DNA from: Patescibacteria group bacterium
GTDB taxonomy: Bacteria > Patescibacteriota > Minisyncoccia > UBA6257 > JAAZHW01
Reading direction: 5' to 3'
DNA: 64,000 nt
NCBI GenBank assembly: GCA_026415775.1
Contig: JAOAGL010000001.1
Location: forward strand, 414,831 to 478,830
Every line of letters begins with the position of its first letter. Position 1 is the stretch's first letter. The notes under the pieces were generated by a model that was not told where the DNA came from, did no database searches, and saw only the letters and a list, made by a program, of their open reading frames with translations. The position numbers and the translations under genes are program-made. Shown here in pieces: positions 10,070-17,371 of this stretch.

Positions 10070-11230
10070 CTATTTTTTAATAATTCTTCTAATTTGGGGG
10101 CTCAATCTAATTAATATCTCATAAGGAATAGTTTCTCCCATTTTGGCTATCTGATAACATGAATTTGCTTTATTCTGCTCTGGGGAAATTACTTCAACCT
10201 CATCTTCTATTTTTAAGCCATCAATCTCTGACACATCAACTATTGTTAAATTCATGCTTACTCGTCCTATAATTTTTAAAGGGGTATTATTAAAATAAAA
10301 ATAGCCTCGATTACTCAAAAATCTTGGCACGCCTTCATAATAACCACAAGCTACCACAGCAATGCGAGTATCTTTATCAGCAATCCAAGTAAATCCATAT
10401 CCAACACCTTCTCCCTTTTTAATGACTTTTATGTTCACTATCTTTGCATAAAATGACAGAATTGGTTTAATTTTTAAATTTTGTTCCGCCGAATTATCAA
10501 TGCCATAAATACCTCCCCCAATCCGCGCTGAATTATTTTCTATATTTGGGAAATTATTTATTGTTGGAGTGGCTAAAAGATGGAAAAAGTGATTTTGATA
10601 ATTTAAAATTTTCTTTTTATAAATTCCGATGGCCTTATTCCAATTTTCAAAATGCTGTTTGTTAAGATGTTGATTCTCGCTAGGCAAGGCCAAATGCGAC
10701 ATTATTCCTTCAATTTTTAAATGACGATTTCTTTGTAAAACTTCTATGGTTTTCTCTAAATCTTCAATAAAAATTCCATGGCGATGCAAACCAGTATCAA
10801 CTTTAATATGAATAGTTAAAGGAAAATTAATCTGATTTTTTAAATCATTTGCTTGATCTAACGAATTAACCACCAGAATAGCATTTAATTTTTTTAAATC
10901 CTTTAAGATTAATCGCGGCACATAACCAACAATAATAACTGGTTTTTTAATATTATTATTTCTTAAAATTTTTGTCTCCATTATACTATCTACCACAAAA
11001 TGGGAAATATTTTTATTCCCATCCAAAAAACCGCCTATTTCTTTAAGGCCGTGTCCATACGCATTACTTTTTAAAACTGCGGCTAAATAAGGTATTTTGA
11101 AATGGTTTTTGAAAAAAATTATATTTTCTTCTAATTGCTTACCATCAATTTCTATTCTCAGCAAATTTCTTTGCGAATCATATTTTTTAAATGAATCCCT
11201 TATTTCTCGCAATAAATTTATTAAGCGCAT
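10070..11230 (-). CDS. alr: Alanine racemase
   Basis: PLP-lysine motif AAVLKSNAYGHGL, overall length ~380 aa, and adjacency to ddl. Confidence 0.8.
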   Translation of the reverse strand: MRLINLLREIRDSFKKYDSQRNLLRIEIDGKQLEENIIFFKNHFKIPYLAAVLKSNAYGHGLKEIGGFLDGNKNISHFVVDSIMETKILRNNNIKKPVIIVGYVPRLILKDLKKLNAILVVNSLDQANDLKNQINFPLTIHIKVDTGLHRHGIFIEDLEKTIEVLQRNRHLKIEGIMSHLALPSENQHLNKQHFENWNKAIGIYKKKILNYQNHFFHLLATPTINNFPNIENNSARIGGGIYGIDNSAEQNLKIKPILSFYAKIVNIKVIKKGEGVGYGFTWIADKDTRIAVVACGYYEGVPRFLSNRGYFYFNNTPLKIIGRVSMNLTIVDVSEIDGLKIEDEVEVISPEQNKANSCYQIAKMGETIPYEILIRLSPQIRRIIKK

Positions 11231-11266
11231 ATTTCAATTTAATTATAAAAAATAATGAATAAAATA

Positions 11267-11296
11267 AAAGCCGACTTCTCGTCGGCTTTTATTTTA
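11267..11296. terminator. Bidirectional rho-independent terminator
   Basis: aaagccgac-ttctc-gtcggcttt followed by ttttatttta; there is an A-run on the other side. Confidence 0.65.
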
Positions 11297-11309
11297 TCTT
11301 TACCTTCTA

Positions 11310-12296
11310 TTAAAATAACTGCATTTTCATCTGTTCTTTCAACTCTTTAATTCTATCCTGCAAATTTTTTATTTGATTCTTAATTTCCTCTCTTAAACTA
11401 TTATCTTTTTGTTGATTTTGTATTTTTAATTCTTTTTTGAAAAATGGCCTGCCATCATTTCCAACCAAAATTTGCTCTGCAGTTAATTGATTAGCGACTT
11501 TATCATACTCGCCTCTTACAATAACTTTATCGCCATTTTTTAAATCAGCAAATGTGATTGTAGTTGAGGTGCTCATCGGACAATTAATTGGCGGGTAGAT
11601 TTGGATGCAAGCCACGCCTTCAGTTTTGATAATCCGTGTATCATTGGTTACTGCAACATTGATAAGTTCATTTTGTTCGGTTAATAAAGAAAAACTGAAA
11701 TTTCCAAGATTTTGAATTAGGCCTTTAAAAATAGTCAAATGTTTTTGCAAGGATAGGTTCCGCACTGTTTGAGCATAGATGATAAGTGGGGCCTCTTCGG
11801 TAATAAAACCGTAAACATTTACAATATCACCCACCACAAAATCATCCACGTCGCCGCTAATCCATTGGGATTTTAATATTTTTGCCTTGCTTAAATTAAC
11901 CTTGTATTCGATTCCAAAAATTTTAATGGAAATTTCATTCGAACCTACAGCTGTTACTTGCGCGGCCTTAATCAAAACCTCCACTTCTCCTTTGTTTTCC
12001 ACATTAGGACAACCTCCTACTAATCTACAAATAATTCTTCCTTTAATTTCGTTAATGGACAACGATTGTTTAAGATCCTTCTCGGAAATATTTTTTATAT
12101 TAGGTATAATAGAAGGAGTAGGTGTGATGGTGGAGGTAGTAGTTGGTGTTGGCGTAGGAGTTAATGTTGGAGTGGGACTAGGGGTAACAGAGGGTGTGGC
12201 GGTTGGAGTTGGAGTTGACTCTTGCGCAAAAACAACATTAAAAACTAAAATAGATAGAATTGTTACGGATAGGAAAATACTTGTTTTTTTAGTCAT
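11310..12296 (-). CDS. Secreted protein with signal peptide and Pro-Thr linker, hypothetical
   Basis: Signal peptide MTKKTSIFLSVTILSILVFNVVFAQES, a PT-rich run ([35 protein letters not shown]), and a C-terminal coiled-coil. Confidence 0.5.
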   Translation of the reverse strand: MTKKTSIFLSVTILSILVFNVVFAQESTPTPTATPSVTPSPTPTLTPTPTPTTTSTITPTPSIIPNIKNISEKDLKQSLSINEIKGRIICRLVGGCPNVENKGEVEVLIKAAQVTAVGSNEISIKIFGIEYKVNLSKAKILKSQWISGDVDDFVVGDIVNVYGFITEEAPLIIYAQTVRNLSLQKHLTIFKGLIQNLGNFSFSLLTEQNELINVAVTNDTRIIKTEGVACIQIYPPINCPMSTSTTITFADLKNGDKVIVRGEYDKVANQLTAEQILVGNDGRPFFKKELKIQNQQKDNSLREEIKNQIKNLQDRIKELKEQMKMQLF

Positions 12297-12373
12297 ATAA
12301 TATCATTTTATTTCGCCCTTTTATATTATTCTATTATAATTATTTATTTATTATTTACAAATATTTTTAGATA

Positions 12374-12402
12374 TTGCCAAAAAACTTAAAATGTGATATA
12401 AT
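12374..12402 (+). promoter_or_regulatory. Sigma-70 promoter with extended -10 (TTGCCA-N17-TGaTATAAT) driving a probably leaderless CAP-domain gene
   Basis: TTGCCA at 12374-12379, TG at 12394-12395, TATAAT at 12397-12402. The first ATG is 8 nt downstream at 12410 with no SD. Confidence 0.5.
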
Positions 12403-12409
12403 TAAATAT

Positions 12410-13429
12410 ATGGGTAATAAACTCCAAAAACAAATATCAAATTACCTCATTCCACAAGTGGATAATGAATTTCAACCTCATTCTTTAAGAACAAAGTCGG
12501 TGTTTTGGATTTTTATTGCCATTCTACTTTTAGAAAATTTCTTCTTTTTATTAGCTTATTATTTAATTCCTTCTTCTGATTTTCTCGCCTCGCTTATTTC
12601 TACCAGCATTGTTCAATATACCAATCAATATCGCCTAACTTCAAATGCACCCCAGTTAGTTATTAATCCTTTGCTTAACGAAGCAGCACGTCTTAAAGCC
12701 GAAGATATGGCCCAACGAGGATATTTTAGCCATAATAGTCCGGATAATATTACGCCTTGGGAATGGTTAAAAAAAGTTGGATATGATTACCTTTATGCCG
12801 GCGAGAATTTAGCTCTTAATTTTACCGATTCCCAAGAAGTAGTTGAGGCTTGGCTTAATTCAGAATCACATCGTCAAAATTTATTAAATCCTAATTTTAA
12901 AGAGATTGGCATAGGCATTGCAAAAGGCACTTATAAAAATCAACCAGCAATTTTCATTGTTCAATTTTTTGGCACACCAAAATTATTAGCACAACAAACA
13001 CCAGCAACTCCATCTAATTCTAATAATTTAGTTTCATCTCCCACCCCAGCAATAAAAATTCAACCCTCACCAAAATTAACCCCTTCACCAATTGTTACTC
13101 CAACACCAGAACAAAAATTTATTACAACAACCCCTCAAGTTTTGGCTATTTCCCCCATCGCAACAACATCTGCGATGCCTAGTATTAACCCCACATCCTT
13201 CTGGGCATTAATCCTTCAAAAAGTAGTTGCCAATCCAAAAAGTTCTCTTAATTCCTTATTGGAATTCTTCGCTATCTTTATTATCATTGCTCTTTGTCTA
13301 AAAATATTTATTAAAATTGATATTCAATATCCGACACTCATTATTAATGGTGTCTTAATCTTAATCGTTATTATTTTCGCCTGTTGGTTAAATAATTATA
13401 TCTTTAATCTCTGGCCGCAAATAATTTAA
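12410..13429 (+). CDS. CAP/SCP/PR-1 (YkwD-like) domain protein with N- and C-terminal TM segments and a PT-rich region
   Basis: CAP motifs: HR(Q)NLLNPNFKEIGIGIA, GYFSHNSPD, YAGENLA. The ORF-finder start at 12374 is TTG inside the promoter, so the ATG at 12410 is preferred. Confidence 0.65.
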   Translation: MGNKLQKQISNYLIPQVDNEFQPHSLRTKSVFWIFIAILLLENFFFLLAYYLIPSSDFLASLISTSIVQYTNQYRLTSNAPQLVINPLLNEAARLKAEDMAQRGYFSHNSPDNITPWEWLKKVGYDYLYAGENLALNFTDSQEVVEAWLNSESHRQNLLNPNFKEIGIGIAKGTYKNQPAIFIVQFFGTPKLLAQQTPATPSNSNNLVSSPTPAIKIQPSPKLTPSPIVTPTPEQKFITTTPQVLAISPIATTSAMPSINPTSFWALILQKVVANPKSSLNSLLEFFAIFIIIALCLKIFIKIDIQYPTLIINGVLILIVIIFACWLNNYIFNLWPQII

Positions 13430-16164
13430 TTGATTAGTTTTTGTTTTATAAAATAGTATTTTGACACTTCAATCATTGTTAAATTAAGAACGCCAAACAT
13501 TATCAAAATTATCCATTCAATATAATTTAACGGCGTTGTTTTAAGCAACCAATTGAAAAATGGTAAATATACAGCCGAAACTAAAACCAAAAAACAACTT
13601 AATACTGTTATTATTAAATATTTGTTATTAAAAATGCTGTATTGCCAAATATTTTTGCGTAAATTTTTACAACTAAAGATAAAAAAGAAGGAATCAATAG
13701 CTAAACCCACAAACATTATAGTTCTAATTCTTTCCAGTGGATAATCAATTTTCAATAAATAATAAAATAAAAAGAAAAGAACTAAATTCGTCAACATTCC
13801 TACTATAAAAATTATAAACTTCATCTCTTTGTTCAACAATGGCAAAACAGGACTTTCTGGTTTTCTTCTCATAATGTTTTCTTCTTTTGGTTCAAAAGTC
13901 AAAGATAAAGATGGAGGAGTTGATTCAATTAAATTTTTCCAAAGAATTTGAGCTGATAAAACTGGTAGCGGCAAACCAAAAATTACTGATAAACCAATTA
14001 AAACCAACTCGGTAAAGCCACCCGTCAATAGATAAGTTAGAGTTTTTCTAATATTATCAATTATATGCCGCCCTTCTTCTACGGCTAAAATAATAATGGA
14101 AAAGCTATCATCTAGTAAAATTAAATCAGCTGATTCTTTAGCAATAGCAGTTCCCGAACCCAAAGCAACTCCAATATTTGCTTTTTTTAAAGCCAAGGCA
14201 TCATTAACTCCATCACCTGTCATTGCCACAATCTCTCCTTTTTGTTGAAGAGCTTCAATAATTTTTAATTTTTGTTGCGGTTCAACGCGAGCATATAAAT
14301 TAATACTTCCCACTTTCTTTAAAAAATCTTCTTCTTCCATTGTTGCCAATTCCTTGCCTTCGATGATTGCTGAATCTTTAATTTCTAATCCTATTTCTTT
14401 GGCTACTGACAAAGCTGTATTTTTATGATCACCAGTAACCAAAATTACTCTCATACCTGCCTCTTTACATTTTTTAATTGCCTCAACCACATCTTCTCTA
14501 ATAGGGTCTTTAAGTGCTATGAAACCCAGAAAAATTCCTGATTTTAATAGTTGTTCTTTAAAATACGATTCGGAATTTTCTGTTTTTTGTTTTTGAAAAT
14601 TTTCTAAATATTTATTTTTGTTTATTTTACAAAAAGCAACACCAACCAATCTTAAACCCTCCATCATTAAATCTTCTATTAATTTATTAATTTTTTTACG
14701 CTCACTTTCGTTTATTTTTTTAATCTGTCCATCATAAAATAAATTTTGTGAAAATTCTAATAAACGTTCTGGAGCTCCTAAATAACTAATGGCAATTTCA
14801 TTTTTATCTATTTCATTAATTGCTGCTGAATATTTATATTGGGGACTAAAAGCTAATTCATCTATTCGTGGATATTTCTTCTCTAATTCATGCTTTTTTA
14901 TCCCCATTTGATATCCCAACTCTACAACTGCTCTTTCTGTAGGACGACCCCTGCTTATCCATTGATGAATAGGATCATCAGGATTTTCTATAAAAGCGTC
15001 ACAAGCAAGAATGGCAGTTTTTAAAATAATTAATTCAGAAGCTTCTCCATCAATATTTAAAAATTTATGCTTTTTTAGTGTATCTCCTATTAAACTCCTA
15101 GTTGGTGTGTAAATGCCCGAAACTTGCATAGTTGCTTTTGTTAAAGTTCCAGTTTTGTCTGTACAAATTACAGAGGTAGAACCCAAAACTTCAGCAGCAA
15201 CAATTTTCTTAACCAATCCTCTCTTTTTAAAAATTTCCCGCATTCCAAAAGTAAAAATAACAGTCACCACCAAAGGCAAACCCTCTGGAATAGCTGCTAC
15301 TGCTGTTGCAACAGAAACCGTCAACATTTCAATAAATGGTCGATTATTTATAATGCCTAAAATAAAGATGCTTAAAACAAAAATAGAAATTATTAATCCT
15401 AAAAATTTACTAAAATATTCTACTTTTCGCTGAAAAGGTGTTTTATCTTTTTCAATATCTTGAAGAATAAAACCTAAATTTCCAAATTCTGTATCTTTTC
15501 CTATAGTAGTAACAACCATTACCCCTCTGCCTTCTTCTACCAATGTTCCCATATAAGCCATATTATCTCTGTCCGCTAATGGTGTATCTTCTGGCAAACT
15601 TTCTGTAGTGCACGATTTTGCCAGCCATTCTCCAGTTAAAATAGATTCATTAATTTTCAAATTATTTGCTTCAATAATTCTACCATCAGCAGGAACGCGC
15701 TGTCCCATTTCTAAAATCACAATATCTCCTGGTACCACTTCTTCTGCTGTAATTTCTTTAATTAATCCTTCTCGTTTAACTTTAGCACTATTTTTTAAAT
15801 ATTTTTGCAATTGTTGAAAAATCTGATTTGTTTTTTTCTCTTGAAAAAATCCAATAAAAGAGTTGATGATTATTGTTCCAAAAATAACAATGCTATCTGT
15901 AAAATCTTTTAAAAATATAGTAATAATCCCACCAATTAATAATATATAAATTAAAGGGCTTTTAAATTGTTTCAAAAAAAGTCTTAATAAATTAGTTTTT
16001 CTATATTCTTCCAATTTATTCAAACCATAAACATCCTGTCTTTTAGCTGCTTCTTTGTCATTTAATCCCGAATTTCTTGTTTGCAAAATAGAAAAAATTT
16101 TTTCACTTTCTAGAGCATGCCAATTTATAGTTTTATTTTTGTTTTTTGTATTATTTAATAACAT
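13426..16164 (-). CDS. P-type cation-transporting ATPase (P2-type, Ca2+/Mg2+-like)
   Basis: Phosphorylation motif ICTDKTGTLT, hinge VAMTGDGVNDALALKKANIGVALG, M4 motif IPEGLP, and about 10 TM segments. Confidence 0.85.
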   Translation of the reverse strand: MLLNNTKNKNKTINWHALESEKIFSILQTRNSGLNDKEAAKRQDVYGLNKLEEYRKTNLLRLFLKQFKSPLIYILLIGGIITIFLKDFTDSIVIFGTIIINSFIGFFQEKKTNQIFQQLQKYLKNSAKVKREGLIKEITAEEVVPGDIVILEMGQRVPADGRIIEANNLKINESILTGEWLAKSCTTESLPEDTPLADRDNMAYMGTLVEEGRGVMVVTTIGKDTEFGNLGFILQDIEKDKTPFQRKVEYFSKFLGLIISIFVLSIFILGIINNRPFIEMLTVSVATAVAAIPEGLPLVVTVIFTFGMREIFKKRGLVKKIVAAEVLGSTSVICTDKTGTLTKATMQVSGIYTPTRSLIGDTLKKHKFLNIDGEASELIILKTAILACDAFIENPDDPIHQWISRGRPTERAVVELGYQMGIKKHELEKKYPRIDELAFSPQYKYSAAINEIDKNEIAISYLGAPERLLEFSQNLFYDGQIKKINESERKKINKLIEDLMMEGLRLVGVAFCKINKNKYLENFQKQKTENSESYFKEQLLKSGIFLGFIALKDPIREDVVEAIKKCKEAGMRVILVTGDHKNTALSVAKEIGLEIKDSAIIEGKELATMEEEDFLKKVGSINLYARVEPQQKLKIIEALQQKGEIVAMTGDGVNDALALKKANIGVALGSGTAIAKESADLILLDDSFSIIILAVEEGRHIIDNIRKTLTYLLTGGFTELVLIGLSVIFGLPLPVLSAQILWKNLIESTPPSLSLTFEPKEENIMRRKPESPVLPLLNKEMKFIIFIVGMLTNLVLFFLFYYLLKIDYPLERIRTIMFVGLAIDSFFFIFSCKNLRKNIWQYSIFNNKYLIITVLSCFLVLVSAVYLPFFNWLLKTTPLNYIEWIILIMFGVLNLTMIEVSKYYFIKQKLIN

Positions 16165-16411
16165 ATTTTTATAAAATTTATTATCGCCATCATCCTCTCT
16201 TGAAAAACACTATTAAAAGACGACTGAAGAAATAAATGAAAATTTGTATTAATTCAGCATAACATTTGTTTTTCATTTCTTATTATAATTATAACAAAAT
16301 AATTTCTAATTAACGAAAAACCAAAAAAATCACCCAAAAGCCACAAATTTTTCATTTGCGTTTGTATTCTAAGAGATTTTATCAAAATTTATCTAAACAA
16401 TAAAAAATTGA

Positions 16412-17185
16412 TTAGTTAATATTTTTACAAAATTTAATTTGAGAAGTAATAAACAAAAAACCAACGATTAAAAGAATTGAATTGATTAATTCCCAAATAT
16501 AACTTATAGAATAACCAGCTACCGGCAAAAACCAAAATGCTGGTGGCACGCTTAACATTACAGAATAATTAAAATAATTTAAAAGCGCTCCTAATAAATT
16601 ATTTACAATTAATATTATCGGGCCTATTTTTTGTATTTTTAATAAGTTTGTTTGTTTGTCGAATAAAAGACGCAGGGCAACTAATAAAATAAAAATTCTT
16701 GCTGGAAAAATGAAAATATAATACAATGTCTTCACTGGTATATAATCAGAAAATAATCCTTTGTAGGCAACAAAATAATAAAACATCACAATAAAAGCAA
16801 CTACTGCCCAAGCATGCAAAAAAATAAACACACGTTTTTGACAGAGTTCGGAACATAAAGTTCTTAATACCAAAATAATAAGTATTAAAGCAATAAGATA
16901 TAATGGTAAAGCAACAGCAAAAACCCAATATATTCGTTCCACAACAAATGTGAATCCCAGCAAATTAAGAGCGAAAGGCAATCGTGTCCAATAAACAAAA
17001 AACAAAACTAAAGATATGTATAAAAAAATCCTTTGTTGTTTTTGACTTTTAAGATATTTTATAAAAAAATAAACAGAAAAAGTTAAATCTAAAACAAAAG
17101 CAAGCAAAGAAAAAACAGCTAAAATTGGTTTTGCTTGTAATCCTAATAGCTGAATATTTTTTATAGCAGAAAATATTTTATACAT
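16412..17185 (-). CDS. Polytopic membrane protein, hypothetical
   Basis: Six to eight hydrophobic segments. No recognisable family. Confidence 0.45.
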   Translation of the reverse strand: MYKIFSAIKNIQLLGLQAKPILAVFSLLAFVLDLTFSVYFFIKYLKSQKQQRIFLYISLVLFFVYWTRLPFALNLLGFTFVVERIYWVFAVALPLYLIALILIILVLRTLCSELCQKRVFIFLHAWAVVAFIVMFYYFVAYKGLFSDYIPVKTLYYIFIFPARIFILLVALRLLFDKQTNLLKIQKIGPIILIVNNLLGALLNYFNYSVMLSVPPAFWFLPVAGYSISYIWELINSILLIVGFLFITSQIKFCKNIN

Positions 17186-17202
17186 TTTTATTATAACAGA
17201 CC

Positions 17203-17347
17203 AATTAAAAATAAAAAATAGACCTAGGAGGTCGCTATTTGCTTAGGCCGGTTACGCCACTAGCTCCACATGGCCCAGGCGTCCATATTACAGGCCATGT
17301 TTCATCGCCTCCTTATTTAATTATATATTTTTCTAAACAAATTTCAA
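17203..17347 (-). promoter_or_regulatory. Promoter (TTGAAA-N16-TATAAT) plus a structured ~110-nt leader with a GC hairpin and a terminator/anti-terminator pair; candidate riboswitch or attenuator
   Basis: -35 at 17342-17347 and -10 at 17320-17325 on the minus strand. The leader has a catggcc-N17-ggccatg hairpin (17269-17299). A terminator gacctcctaggtc with a T-run (17203-17233) sits 17 nt before the ATG, and the 5' AGGAGG can alternatively pair with its CCUCCU. Confidence 0.4.
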
Positions 17348-17371
17348 AGAGTTATCCACAGCCCTAATTTT

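Noticed and set aside
12374-12409. TTG start codon at 12374 for the CAP-domain ORF (as in the ORF track)
   Set aside because: The TTG coincides with the -35 hexamer of a strong promoter, and the ATG at 12410 is placed at the expected leaderless start position.
17203-17320. Fluoride (crcB) riboswitch call based on GGCGAUG near the 5' end of the leader
   Set aside because: The downstream consensus elements (AAACUGCC ... CUGAUG..CCUAC pseudoknot partner) are not present, and the regulated gene is not recognisably CrcB/Fluc or CLC-F.
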